IMG/VR virus record: IMGVR_UViG_3300037067_003053
Coordinates: 57,381 to 121,380 of that record
Strand: one strand, 5' to 3'
DNA: 64,000 bases
Origin: a virus
Taxonomy: Duplodnaviria; Caudoviricetes
The translations under genes were made by a program, and so were the position numbers. This document shows positions 20,824-32,168 of the stretch, one piece after another. The notes beneath the pieces were generated by a model. The model did not search any database and had not been told where the DNA came from. It saw nothing but the letters and a program-made list of their open reading frames with translations. Numbering within the stretch: the stretch's first letter is position 1; every line of letters begins with the position of its first letter.

Positions 20824-21909
20824 TTATTCTCCATATTTTAATAAAAAATCAGTATTAATTACCTTAAAAGATATTTGTTTTTCTTGATTTCTACAAACAA
20901 TACCTTCTCTATAAATATCAGAAATAATAGATTTTCCATGTGCATATTCCACCATTTCGGGAATTGTGGATTTTAATTTTGAATATTCAAGAAATGGTAC
21001 TCTTTTTAATCCAAGTTGTGAAAGAACACCGCCATATTGACCAAATGAAATTATTTTTTTATCGGGATAAATAAGATTGAAAAAATAAACATCATATCCT
21101 TTTATATTATATTTATTTTTTTGTATACCTTCTCCAATTATTTCCCCCTGTAATGCCACATAATCATATTTACCAATTAATACTTCTAATTTATTTTTTA
21201 AATCATATTGTTTTGCTATCGTCCAGTAAGAACTATTATCCAGTTTAGATAAATGAATTCTTCGACTGCATACACCAAAAATATATTTTTTACCAAATAA
21301 AGTTTTCTTTTTTATTAAAAACCATGTACCCGATTGACCATCGAGTTTTTCAGTAAAAGTAAAAATAGTATCTTTTTCTCTTTCACAAATATTTGGAAAT
21401 AATTGTATTCTATCTTCATCCGTTTTTGGAATAAACTTTGGGAATTCTCCTTTGTTTGAATGAAGTAAAAATAATTTTCTATACCAAGAATACCTTTTCA
21501 TAAATTTGAAAATTTTATTTTGTTTTCTATTTTCAATATCTTTTAATAATTTTGCTTCAAGTTCTCCTTGTGGATCATATTTTTTAATATTTAAAATTTT
21601 TGTTACATCATCGTTTTCATTCCATTTTTTATTTGGCAAAATAGATAACGGAAATGCAATACCTTGCGAAATTTGTCCACGAAGTTTTATAGTTTTAATT
21701 CTAAATTTTTTATCTTTTAAAAATTCAAATTCTGGTTTATCTGGTAATATAGAATCTACTTCACAATATACACAATAATCACCTTCATTAAATTCACCCT
21801 TTTTAACAACTAAAGACCAACCCAATATTGTTGCTTTTTCAATAGAATCGGCATTTTCAATTGGTTCGAGTTTAATAATTTTTTGTATTGATGCTAATTT
21901 TCGTTCCAT
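20824..21909 (-). CDS. RNA ligase, DRB0094 (Rnl2/Rnl5-like) family
   Basis: MERKLASIQ N-domain, KLRGQISQG, FIPKTDEDRIQ, TEKLDG, QGEIIG.GIQKN.Y, REGIV, FKVIN. Confidence 0.93.
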   Translation of the reverse strand: MERKLASIQKIIKLEPIENADSIEKATILGWSLVVKKGEFNEGDYCVYCEVDSILPDKPEFEFLKDKKFRIKTIKLRGQISQGIAFPLSILPNKKWNENDDVTKILNIKKYDPQGELEAKLLKDIENRKQNKIFKFMKRYSWYRKLFLLHSNKGEFPKFIPKTDEDRIQLFPNICEREKDTIFTFTEKLDGQSGTWFLIKKKTLFGKKYIFGVCSRRIHLSKLDNSSYWTIAKQYDLKNKLEVLIGKYDYVALQGEIIGEGIQKNKYNIKGYDVYFFNLIYPDKKIISFGQYGGVLSQLGLKRVPFLEYSKLKSTIPEMVEYAHGKSIISDIYREGIVCRNQEKQISFKVINTDFLLKYGE

Positions 21910-21911
21910 AT

Positions 21912-22889
21912 TTATTCATCCTTTTTATTTAAAAAATATTCAACTTTATTATTGTGGTCTATACAAACATCTAAACAATTTTTTCTACAAATAGGGTCAT
22001 TATAAGTATTGGTTTTTTCAAACCATTTTTTTCGTTCTTTTTTAATTTCAGTTAATGTTTTATTATATATGGTACCAATTGATTTTCCTTGTTCTCTCAT
22101 ATATATAACACAAGGAAAATGTTTCCCATGCAAAATAGCCATATCATCTTTAACCAAATGGCATTTTTTACAATCTTTTTCTGTTATTCCCCTAACATGT
22201 CTTTTATTTTTAATATTATTTAATCTATATGATAAAATTCCATAGTCTGTTTTTATATCATCAATATTTAAATAATGATTAGATTGCGAAGATGGAATTA
22301 TTCTAATATCTGAAACACCCAAAGATGTTGCATAAGAAATTATATTTTTTAAATCTGAATTATTTTGTTTATCTAAAACTACTCCAACAGTAACATATGT
22401 TAATTTAGATAGTTCTTTAATGATATTTGTGATATGTTCAAAATTAGCATTTGTACCAGCCATTATATTTGCCATTGAACTACAACAAGCATCTAATGAA
22501 ATCGAAAAATCATTAACACCCAATTTATATAAATATTTATAAAATTCCAGTGATGCACTTCCATTTGTAGATAATGCTATATGCTCAATACAAGAAAAAC
22601 TTTTGGTATATTTTACTAATTCGACTAAATCTTTCCATATTGTGGGTTCTCCGCCAGAAAATCGTATATTATGAATATTTCCACTAACCCATATATCAAT
22701 AATTTCTTTTGCTTGTTTTAATGTTAAATCTCCTTGCAATTCTTTTTTAATACCGCGACAATATAAACATTTAAAATTACATCTGTCGGTTAAAATAAGT
22801 TCACATCTTTGTAAATCACTTTTCCATGAAACATTTTTTGCTCTTTTATCGGATAATGAATAAAAGCCAATTTCTTCTAATTTTTGCAT
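21912..22889 (-). CDS. Radical SAM protein
   Basis: CNFKCLYC, FSGGEP, STNG, C-terminal Cys cluster. Confidence 0.9.
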   Translation of the reverse strand: MQKLEEIGFYSLSDKRAKNVSWKSDLQRCELILTDRCNFKCLYCRGIKKELQGDLTLKQAKEIIDIWVSGNIHNIRFSGGEPTIWKDLVELVKYTKSFSCIEHIALSTNGSASLEFYKYLYKLGVNDFSISLDACCSSMANIMAGTNANFEHITNIIKELSKLTYVTVGVVLDKQNNSDLKNIISYATSLGVSDIRIIPSSQSNHYLNIDDIKTDYGILSYRLNNIKNKRHVRGITEKDCKKCHLVKDDMAILHGKHFPCVIYMREQGKSIGTIYNKTLTEIKKERKKWFEKTNTYNDPICRKNCLDVCIDHNNKVEYFLNKKDE

Positions 22890-23184
22890 TTACATACCTT
22901 TATATTTGAGATTTAAAACAGATTTCAAATTCTTCTTTTGTTAAATGAGTCCAAAAATGAATTTCATTAAACCAAAACATAACAGCAAAAGTATTATTTT
23001 TTGGTCTAAAAAATAATTTATCCCCCTCTATATAACCTATGGCATATTTTTTAATGATTTCTCTATTTTTTTCTATAGAATTTGTTCTTGTTTCAATGCC
23101 AAATACTGATAAACTACCGGATTCCCATCTTTCTTTTGTAAAAAATTCACTTGAGAACCGTTCTAATTTATTCATCCTTTTTAT

Positions 23185-23951
23185 TTAAAAAGAACAGGAT
23201 TCATAATTTAAATAAGTATCTAAATAATTAAGTATGTAATTTAAATTTTCTTTATAATCTTTTTCCCAAACAATTATAATATTGAATCCCATTTTTTCTA
23301 ATTCAGAAATTCGATTTTTATCTTTTTCCCATATTTCTTTTGCGGATATATTATGATGAACAATATCATTTTCTTTATATAATAAAGGATTTGCGTGCCA
23401 AAAATCTCCATAAAATTCTATAATAATTCCACATTTAAAAATAATACAATCTGGTAAAAACCAAGTATTATTGTTTTTAATAGATACTCGTTCTATATCA
23501 GATACAAGTTCTGAAAGTTTATTAAAAAATCTTTTTCCATATTAGAAATATTATATGAATAATTATTTGGAATAATGACCCCATTTTTCCAATTATTTTT
23601 CATAATATTACTTCTCAATGTTTTTTGTTCGGGATTGTTTTTATACCATTCAATCATTCTTTTGCTTTGTTCTTTTTTAAAAGATTCTTTTCTTGGTTTT
23701 GAATTATTTTTTATAACCTTTTTAGCATACTCATCATTTTTCCAATGTTCTTTTGAAGAAATAGAACATGCGTTTTTGATTTTATCAATAGTTTCTTTAG
23801 AATGGTGCTTACCATAAAAAGGATTATTTTTACCGGTTCTAATAACATGTTTTATACAATAACCGGTTTTATTTTTATCTGATAATTCATTATTACATAC
23901 AACACATTTTTTGTTTAATTTATATTTTCTCACATATATAATATACAACAC
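23185..23951 (-). CDS. Free-standing homing endonuclease (NUMOD3 + EDxHD/Vsr-like nuclease) split by a -1 frameshift at ~23525
   Basis: Frame 0 has GKNNPFYGKHHSKET (NUMOD3). The -1 frame has FLPDC...IIEFYGDFWHANP...IWEKD..R...GFNIIIVWEKD ending at TAA 23185. Junction sequence is T-TTT-TTA. Confidence 0.8.
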
Positions 23952-23977
23952 TTTTAATCAAATGTCAAGAGAAATCT
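23938..23977 (-). promoter_or_regulatory. sigma70-type promoter copy 4
   Basis: AGATTTCTC-TTGACA-17nt-TATATT. Confidence 0.82.
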
Positions 23978-25052
23978 TCATATTTAATCCTTTTCTTTAA
24001 TTATTTTTGAACGCCCAATTAATAATTTTTTAACCATTTCAGGTTGTTCTTCTAACATTCTTTTAAAATAATCTTCAGATTTTTCATCGTCTTTTTTATT
24101 AAACGGTTCAAAATCCTCTTCATATTTTAATAACATTTCCAATGATAAATTTAATAAAAATTTAAATTTATTTTTAATTTCTAAAATTTCTTTATCATCA
24201 AATGAATCTTTTTTTAAACCCTTTGTCGAAAAATTAAATAATACATATGATAATAATGTTCTATTGCTTTGTATATCCAAAAAAGCAATAAAATCATTTA
24301 TCATTAAAATAATGGGAATCAACTCTTGAATAGAATCAATATTTTCAGTTTCAAGAATATTCTGATAAAACTTTTTATATTTTTCATTTTTTATTTTGTT
24401 TATTAAATCTTTCATATTACATTTCCCAACCGTTATATTCAAATGGGTCTTTTTCATAGATACCAACCATATCTCTCAGTCTTTTTAAATTTTCTACCCC
24501 CATTTCTTCTTCACAATATATTATCTTTTTAGATAAATCTACAGTAATATAATATATACCTAATAATTTTATAGATAGTCTTGTAAATTTATTATCTATT
24601 CCCTCATAAAGAATAGTTCCGTCTGACCAATCTATAATAAAATTATTTTCGTCTAACAATGTTATACATTTTAATAATGTAAAATCCAATATTTTAGATT
24701 CAATAACAGTATATAATTCTTCACTTACGTCATCCAAAATTGAATATAATTCTTTTATAATATCTGTATCTCTCTGAGATTTTGATAATATTTCACAATT
24801 TTCTTTATCTATTAAATCATCTAAAAAAATATTAAATAATTCTTTTAAATTATATGGATTACAAAAATAATATTTAAAAAACATTTCTTTATTATTATGG
24901 GTTGGAAACTTACAATAATGAGTGTAAAATTGATAAAGTCTATTAGTAAACAAAGGTTCTAAATCTTTTATAGATTTATCTTCAGAAAGGGCTTTAACCA
25001 ATTCTTTAAATTGTAAAATAATACTTCTTTTCATACTTAATATTGGCATATA

Positions 25053-25883
25053 TTATTTATAGGTTATATTTAAATTTTTCAAAAAATTAATAATCTCAGA
25101 TTCTGTTGTATAATTAATAATTTCAGAAATATCTTTATTTAAAATATCAGATATTTTTATTTTAAGTGAAGACAATAATATTTTCTCAATTGTATAACAT
25201 GTATTAAAAAATGTTGATGTTGGGTTATCTGTAAACCGTCTCGAATCATATTTATCTGGATTAGACATATATTTTTTAAATCCATAAATCCAATAAAGAG
25301 GAATAAATTTTGTAGATAAATTTAACACACCATATGTTGGATATATAGAAATAAAATTATGTCCCGTTGAAGAAACACAATGTTCGCTTGCTATGCACCA
25401 TGCAACATGAAAATCTAATTTATATTGATTTACCAATAACATCAACACTTTAGGAAAAGATGGATATTCTTGAAGCATTCGTAAAGCACAAAGATAAATA
25501 TATAATAAACTTTTATTTGGTTCTTTAAATCTTATTACAGGACAAAGATTTTCTACCATATATTTATTTATATATCTTGGTAAAACTTTATATTTTTTAC
25601 ATATTTGGATATAATCAAATATTTCTTTTTCGGTTAGGTCTGGTTTTACAAAAGATTTTTTTAAATAATACACCAATCTGTTTGGATTTTCAACTTTGCC
25701 TATGGCGTAATCAAGACCGCTAAAACACGCCGTACTAACGACTTTAAAAGAATTATTATTTTTTTCCGATACTAACGGTATCAATTTTGTATCGATTTTA
25801 TTATTTTTTTCGGAATATATAATATATGTTGTATCCATAGGATTTGTTCTTTGAGGAACGCGAATAACCATATCTTTTTCCAT
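25053..25883 (-). CDS. Hypothetical protein of the amidoligase cluster
   Basis: 276-aa ORF co-oriented and adjacent to the GATase. Confidence 0.65.
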   Translation of the reverse strand: MEKDMVIRVPQRTNPMDTTYIIYSEKNNKIDTKLIPLVSEKNNNSFKVVSTACFSGLDYAIGKVENPNRLVYYLKKSFVKPDLTEKEIFDYIQICKKYKVLPRYINKYMVENLCPVIRFKEPNKSLLYIYLCALRMLQEYPSFPKVLMLLVNQYKLDFHVAWCIASEHCVSSTGHNFISIYPTYGVLNLSTKFIPLYWIYGFKKYMSNPDKYDSRRFTDNPTSTFFNTCYTIEKILLSSLKIKISDILNKDISEIINYTTESEIINFLKNLNITYK

Positions 25884-25894
25884 AATAGTACCCC

Positions 25895-26683
25895 TTATAT
25901 TATTTCAGAACCAAGCGCTTTAATACAATTTTGACATAATGGAACTTCCGTTATAAATTCTATTAAACCATGTTGATCGCATAAAGCGCAAGTTCCTCGT
26001 TTAATAGAATCGTCTTTTTTAGATTCTGTTTTTGGTAAAATATTTTTATTTGAATTTATATCTTTATACCAATTATCATAGTAATCTTTTTCTGAATATG
26101 TGCGAATATAAGAAGAATTTGAATATTTTATTCCTTTACATTCTAAAAATGTTCCAAATAAAATATATTCTCTTTCTGGAGATAATATTGCTAATTTATT
26201 AAGAGAACCCAAATATTCAGATATTAAATCTCTCATTGGTTGAGAATGAAAAAGTCCTTCATATATAAAAGGATCGGATAAAATCTTTTTAACAAATTCT
26301 TGTGAATCTGATAAAATTGATTTAAATTCCGGTATGCAATTTCTTAATACCCCATTATGTGCAGCAACTGATCTGGTTGTTACACAATATGTATTTCTTA
26401 AATCCTCATCTTTATCTGATATAATAAACGGATGAGTATTTCCTTCATCTTTATTTCCATGTGTTGCAATTCTACAATGTAAAATAGCAACATCTTCAGG
26501 CTTTATATATTCTTCAACATCTTTCCAAAACTCATCAAATTTAAAATATCCTTTTTTGAGAATTGTACTACCATTATCTTTTGCCACAGCAAACCCCGCA
26601 CCCTGCGGATTAGCGTCAAAACAATTTTCTAAATTGTCTTTATCTAATATTGCATTTTGGGGTTTAACAACAATAACACACAT
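25895..26683 (-). CDS. Class II (Ntn) glutamine amidotransferase
   Basis: N-terminal MC, NPQGAG, LHCRIATHG, THPF, AHNGV, DS. Confidence 0.9.
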   Translation of the reverse strand: MCVIVVKPQNAILDKDNLENCFDANPQGAGFAVAKDNGSTILKKGYFKFDEFWKDVEEYIKPEDVAILHCRIATHGNKDEGNTHPFIISDKDEDLRNTYCVTTRSVAAHNGVLRNCIPEFKSILSDSQEFVKKILSDPFIYEGLFHSQPMRDLISEYLGSLNKLAILSPEREYILFGTFLECKGIKYSNSSYIRTYSEKDYYDNWYKDINSNKNILPKTESKKDDSIKRGTCALCDQHGLIEFITEVPLCQNCIKALGSEII

Positions 26684-26707
26684 AATTACTCCTACAATAT
26701 ATATTAT

Positions 26708-28249
26708 TTATTTTAATCTTCCTAATGATTGATATAGTTTAGTATTGTTTTTTTTAACGTAATCCATAAATACGTTCCATAAAAACCCTTTTCTTTTATT
26801 TGTAAAATCTAATATAAAAGATGATTTACTATGTAATTTAAAAAACTCTATTAAACTATTTGTGAATCTGATATAGTTCATAAATTTTTCATATTCAATA
26901 TCTCCATTAAATACTCTAATTTCAATGGTATTTTTATTTTGAAGATTAATACAAGAATGCCGGTCTATTGCCTCTCTATTTCGTAATCCTCTTATAATGT
27001 TACCCGCTTCTATTCTATGACAAAATTCATCTACTTTATCTAAGTTTTTTCTATTACTAAATTCTATAATTTTATCAAAATAATTATAAAAAAATGTTAA
27101 TAATTTATAAAGAAAATTATTTTCTCGTTCTTTTTTATTCATATCTTTAAATTGGTTTTTATCAATATGAATATGAATTCCACATAATTCATTACCATCT
27201 ATATAAACATATTCTTCTAACCATTTTAATAATTCTCTAATAATAAATTCTTTTCTTATAAAATTATAGGTCATTGGATGTGTGACAATTTCAAATCCGT
27301 TGCCTATACTTCTATCAAATTTTAAATAGAATACATTATTAAATTCATTTGGAAATTTTTGAGATAATTTATGTGCCAAAGAACCTCTGTCCAATTTTTT
27401 AGAAGTAACTTCGATTTCTAATCCAAAAAACGGAGAATTTTTTAAATCTTTTATTGTACTTAAAAATTTTGGTTCCGGTTTATAATTATAATCATTTACA
27501 AAATGTTTAAATTTACAATTGTTACACAATATATGACCATCTACTTTTTCATATTTATCTCGTTTACTAAAATAGCCACACAATTCACATTTATCAAATA
27601 AACTATTTGAACATGGAACACAATATAAATCACCATCTATTTCGCGTATATAACTGCGTAAAATAATTTTTTTACAATTACTACATATTCTGGTTTCAAC
27701 TACGGCACAATCTTTACAAAGATTTACATTTTTTATATTTGTACTGCCGTAAACTTTTATTGTATTTTCTGTATAGAAATATGATTTACATGCATCGCAT
27801 CTTGTAATGTTATCGGAAGTTTTTATGCAATCGGTACACCATAATTCATATTCTTTTATCAATCTTTTAGATTTAAAAACTTTACATAACTTTTCTGAAA
27901 AAATATATTTTCCACATTTATCGCATTTATGATAATAATTATCAAAACAATTTTCACATATATATTCGCCTATTTTGGAATGGGCTTTTTCCATATATTT
28001 TTCTTCATATGTATTACCACAATGCGGACATTTTATAACTTTAAGAGTAGTAATACATTTACTACATACTTGTTTGGTTGTTTTTTTATTAAAATGAACC
28101 GTTGTTGCTTGCCTTTTAAATTTAAATTTTCCACAACAATCACATTTATAATAATGTATATCAAAACAAGTTTTACAATAATTACCACTCGGTCTTTTTA
28201 TTATTTCGGATTCTTCAAAATTCTTTTCACATGAAACACATTTTATCAT
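26708..28249 (-). CDS. Putative amidoligase (COOH-NH2 ligase) with N-terminal Zn-ribbon array
   Basis: Many CxxC pairs in residues 1-250; FGLEIEV, DRSI..GFEIVTHP, CGIHIH, R..CINL, TIEIRVF. Confidence 0.88.
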   Translation of the reverse strand: MIKCVSCEKNFEESEIIKRPSGNYCKTCFDIHYYKCDCCGKFKFKRQATTVHFNKKTTKQVCSKCITTLKVIKCPHCGNTYEEKYMEKAHSKIGEYICENCFDNYYHKCDKCGKYIFSEKLCKVFKSKRLIKEYELWCTDCIKTSDNITRCDACKSYFYTENTIKVYGSTNIKNVNLCKDCAVVETRICSNCKKIILRSYIREIDGDLYCVPCSNSLFDKCELCGYFSKRDKYEKVDGHILCNNCKFKHFVNDYNYKPEPKFLSTIKDLKNSPFFGLEIEVTSKKLDRGSLAHKLSQKFPNEFNNVFYLKFDRSIGNGFEIVTHPMTYNFIRKEFIIRELLKWLEEYVYIDGNELCGIHIHIDKNQFKDMNKKERENNFLYKLLTFFYNYFDKIIEFSNRKNLDKVDEFCHRIEAGNIIRGLRNREAIDRHSCINLQNKNTIEIRVFNGDIEYEKFMNYIRFTNSLIEFFKLHSKSSFILDFTNKRKGFLWNVFMDYVKKNNTKLYQSLGRLK

Positions 28250-28574
28250 TTCTTTCTCCTTAATATTCTATAACATTAAATTTTACTATATTCTTTTTTA
28301 AATCTTCATCATAATAATTATAGTATGTTATAGGATAATTTTCTAACTCTGTCATACCATACTGTAATTTATATGAACAATTATCTATAAATTCTATTAA
28401 AGTAATATTATATATTTTTGCATTGGATGCAATATATGCTTTAGCAATATCTTTAATAATGCTTGATAGATTATAATCTCCAATTTCTTCATTGGTTTTA
28501 TCTAAAATATCTTGATAAATATGAAATCTTACATAACCAATATATTTTTTAACTTCTGTGGTTGTCATAATTTT

Positions 28575-29297
28575 TTATTTATGTATTTTTTTATTTTCTG
28601 TTATTACTCTTTTCATTTTTACATTTAAGATAGTATTTCTTGTTTTATATGTACATAATGCATTTATACCATCATGAGAATTAAAATTATGAATATAACC
28701 ATTTATATCTGAAAACAAAAATCTAAAATTTAAAAATATAAGTCTAATTTTCTTAAAAATATCTCTTATATATAAAATATCGTCATCTGACCCACAATAT
28801 GAGTATTTTTTTGCTAAATTTACTGTTTCAATTAAATATTGTTCCATATTTTTATAATCAACATCTTTTAAAGATTTTCCTGTTCTAAATAAGAAAAATC
28901 TTGCAAGTAATAATGCAAATGAAATTAATGCGGTATGCCGAAACCAATCATTTTCAAAAACAAAAACTAATCCACGTGTAATTTCTGTATCCGAATGTTT
29001 TATAACTAATTTTTTTATTTTTGGTATTTTTATTCTACATAATTTTGAACATTCTTTTAAAATAGAAGAAATTGCAAAAATAGCAGATTCTTCATTTTCT
29101 TGTTTTGTAGAATTTATACCAATTGATATTTGCAATTCTTGTTTATTTTTTTCTAAAAAACGTCTTATATTGTCGGAAGTATATTCTCGACATGTGGTTA
29201 AATAATCAATACTTTTCTTATCTTTACTAATTATAAAAAAAGTTGGCAGAGTATTTTTATTTAAACGACCGCGTTGATCCTTAAAATAAATTTGCAT
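28575..29297 (-). CDS. Hypothetical protein with TCRE motif (distant paralogue of 30409-31044)
   Basis: LTTCREY; W...L.S...L.R pattern shared with 30409-31044. Confidence 0.6.
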   Translation of the reverse strand: MQIYFKDQRGRLNKNTLPTFFIISKDKKSIDYLTTCREYTSDNIRRFLEKNKQELQISIGINSTKQENEESAIFAISSILKECSKLCRIKIPKIKKLVIKHSDTEITRGLVFVFENDWFRHTALISFALLLARFFLFRTGKSLKDVDYKNMEQYLIETVNLAKKYSYCGSDDDILYIRDIFKKIRLIFLNFRFLFSDINGYIHNFNSHDGINALCTYKTRNTILNVKMKRVITENKKIHK

Positions 29298-29671
29298 AAT
29301 ATTTTCCTTTTTAAAAGGGCGTTGTTTCTTCTTTAATAACTATTTGTTTTTTTAATCTTGTATATACCATCGTAGAAACTTTATGACCATCATCATCATT
29401 AGTTTCTATTGTAAAATATACTAATGGATAATCATGTATTACAATTTTATTATTTTGTTCAATAAAAGAACAATATTTAAAAAAATCAAGAAAAGATATT
29501 TCTGATTTTGCCCCATCAACATTTGAATTATATAATGAAATTAGGGATAATAAAATATCCGAAAAAATTTTACCTTTCAAAACAATATTTGGATACATTG
29601 TATTTAATTCAAAATATACTTTACTCCGAATTTTGTTTATTCGCTTAATTAACTTTTTCTTTTTACTCATA

Positions 29672-30412
29672 TTATTTTGACTCAAAAAAGTTTTTAATTA
29701 GAGGAAAATCATTTAATTCTTCAGGATGCCACTGTACTGCCAAAATATTTTTAAATTTAATTGCTTCTACAAGAAATTCATTTTTATCATAGGGCGCAAT
29801 GGCAATTATTTTTGTATCAGAATATGTTTTTGGTATTATAAACCCCTGATGATGCATTGAATTTACAGCAATTCTTTTTATATGTGATTTATCACAAGAA
29901 TTATTGAAATTAAAAATAATTTTTGTTAAATCTGATTTTTCAAAATTAATATTATTTATACTTGAATATAATTCTTTTTCATCAATAAATATAAAATGAA
30001 TGGGTATATTTCTATCCACATCTGTATTTGTTGGATGATTTTTTAAATCCTGAATATATTCTCCTTTTAATTCTCCTAATGCAAATAATTCAAGACAAAT
30101 GAGTTGAAATCCTCTACAGATTCCAAATATCTTTTTATCATTTTTTAAAAAATATTCTATTAAATTTCTTTCAAATGAATCTCTTGTTGGTGAAACACCT
30201 GAAGAATCAATATTATTAAAACCATAATAAATAGGATCAATATCTATTCCGCCAGATAATAATAATCCATCACATTCTTTTAATAAATCCTCTATAAATT
30301 TATTTTGTGGAATGAATACCGGTGTTAATCCCGCACCAATTAAATAATCTATGTATGTGGTATTTATAAAATTTTGTGTTTTAGACCCACATAATGGCAC
30401 TGCTATTTTCAT
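29672..30412 (-). CDS. Class I glutamine amidotransferase / peptidase C26 (gamma-glutamyl hydrolase-like)
   Basis: GGIDIDP, RD.FE, GICRGFQ, VNSMHHQ, VQWHPE. Confidence 0.92.
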   Translation of the reverse strand: MKIAVPLCGSKTQNFINTTYIDYLIGAGLTPVFIPQNKFIEDLLKECDGLLLSGGIDIDPIYYGFNNIDSSGVSPTRDSFERNLIEYFLKNDKKIFGICRGFQLICLELFALGELKGEYIQDLKNHPTNTDVDRNIPIHFIFIDEKELYSSINNINFEKSDLTKIIFNFNNSCDKSHIKRIAVNSMHHQGFIIPKTYSDTKIIAIAPYDKNEFLVEAIKFKNILAVQWHPEELNDFPLIKNFFESK

Positions 30413-31044
30413 GATTGCCCCCTTATCTTTTTAAATTTTTCATATTCATTTTTAAATATAGAATATCCTTTTCCAAAAGCTCGTATTCCTATATCGCCCA
30501 TATCAAAATCATACTTATCATATTCTTGTGTACGAAATGTTTTATTACCAAGAATATATTTATAATTTTTTAAAATTAATTCAGCATTTTCAAAATCATA
30601 TTTATAAGTCGAACTAATTTCGCCGGTAGTATCGTGTCTTATAACCGATAAAAATTCCGATAACATAATTGTTGTATTAGTCCATTTTTTATCTAAAATA
30701 AGATAAAAACAATGTTCAATGATTTCTTTTGAATTATCTTCATAAGAAGAATAAATATTTGTAAATTTTTTTAAAACAGTTTTCTTTAAACCATATTTTG
30801 CTTCTAATTCGCGAACCGTTTTTAAATTTGGTTTATCGCAATAAAATGGAATAATTATAACTATTTTAAATTTTCTGTCCTCGCATTTATTAATAATTTC
30901 ATAGCATAATTCTTCCCTGCAAGTAAAAAAAGCCCAATTTATCACATGCATTAGATTTTTATTTATCTTATCCTTTTCCGCAATTCCAAACCACATTTCT
31001 TCATTTTCAGGATTATCAAAACTATATTTCATTTGTAATTCCAT
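30409..31044 (-). CDS. Hypothetical protein with TCRE motif
   Basis: FFTCREEL; lies within the ligase cluster. Confidence 0.6.
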   Translation of the reverse strand: MELQMKYSFDNPENEEMWFGIAEKDKINKNLMHVINWAFFTCREELCYEIINKCEDRKFKIVIIIPFYCDKPNLKTVRELEAKYGLKKTVLKKFTNIYSSYEDNSKEIIEHCFYLILDKKWTNTTIMLSEFLSVIRHDTTGEISSTYKYDFENAELILKNYKYILGNKTFRTQEYDKYDFDMGDIGIRAFGKGYSIFKNEYEKFKKIRGQS

Positions 31045-31047
31045 ATA

Positions 31048-31323
31048 TTATTCCAATTCCTCTAAATTTTGTTTTTTTATTAATTCTTCGTCATATTTTT
31101 TTAAAACAAAATATGGAAAATAAAAACGATTATATTTACCGTCTTCTAATAAAATTCCAGTATTATAAATGCCGGTTATTTTACAAACCTTTCCAACTAT
31201 TTCATCCATATAAGATGGCCATAAATTTTCCCAACCATTTTCATATTTAAATGCTTTTCTGGTTACAATAACCATATCATTTATTTTTAAACCGCATTTA
31301 TTTTGTTCGCTTAAATAACTCAT
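31048..31323 (-). CDS. Small SH3-like beta protein with C-terminal EELE tag
   Basis: Ends DEELIKKQNLEELE; starts 1 nt after the ATP-grasp stop. Confidence 0.78.
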   Translation of the reverse strand: MSYLSEQNKCGLKINDMVIVTRKAFKYENGWENLWPSYMDEIVGKVCKITGIYNTGILLEDGKYNRFYFPYFVLKKYDEELIKKQNLEELE

Positions 31324-31324
31324 T

Positions 31325-32152
31325 TTATTCTTCTTTTAATACGGGATGATACATATATTTTCTTAATGCTTCATTTGGAACGTCAAATAATATTTTATTA
31401 TTGTTTTCAAAATAATTATCAAATAAATAATCAAAACCATTTGCAAATAATTCTGCGGTATATGAACTATTTATAGATAAGGCGGTATTTATTTCTAATA
31501 AATATGAAATATTATTTTCATCAATTATAATATCTGCACCACCAAAATCTAATCCAACCATATTCATGGCTTGTATTGCCAATAATCCTGATTTTCTTGG
31601 CCAATCTTTCCAACGAATATTTTCAAATGTAGAACCTTGGATATGATTCCATGCAATGGATTCTTTATCTTCTGCTATCTTTTCACTTATAGCCAATATT
31701 CTATTGGACATAATATAAACCCTAATTTCCCTTACTTTTTTAATATATTCAGAAATATAAAATTTATCCAAAGTATTAAACCTTCGTAATTCATCCATTG
31801 TATTAATAAAAAATAAATTAAAACCCCCAAAATGATGAAGAGGTCTAATAATTACTGGAAATTTATCTACCTCATTTCTTTGTGTACAATACCATGTTTT
31901 TGGACAAGATAATTCATTTTCTACACACATTTTTCTAAATTTATATTTATTGGACGCCGTAATAATGGCATCAGATTCATTAATTGTGATTCCTTTACAT
32001 GGGTATTCTTGTACATTTCCAAATCTAACTAAAATATCCGGATTTTTGATTCGTCTGCTACCATTTGAAATAAAAATTTCATTGACTAAATTTTCAGAAA
32101 CACTATTAATGGTTTCTTTAGAAAATCCTCTATTTCTTAAAAATAAAATCAT
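31325..32152 (-). CDS. ATP-grasp ligase (RimK/phiEco32-like)
   Basis: ASNK, FPVIIRP..H.GG, YISEYI...REIRV, WNH..G, GLDFGGADI, LEINTA. Confidence 0.9.
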   Translation of the reverse strand: MILFLRNRGFSKETINSVSENLVNEIFISNGSRRIKNPDILVRFGNVQEYPCKGITINESDAIITASNKYKFRKMCVENELSCPKTWYCTQRNEVDKFPVIIRPLHHFGGFNLFFINTMDELRRFNTLDKFYISEYIKKVREIRVYIMSNRILAISEKIAEDKESIAWNHIQGSTFENIRWKDWPRKSGLLAIQAMNMVGLDFGGADIIIDENNISYLLEINTALSINSSYTAELFANGFDYLFDNYFENNNKILFDVPNEALRKYMYHPVLKEE

Positions 32153-32168
32153 ATAGAATACCTTAATT

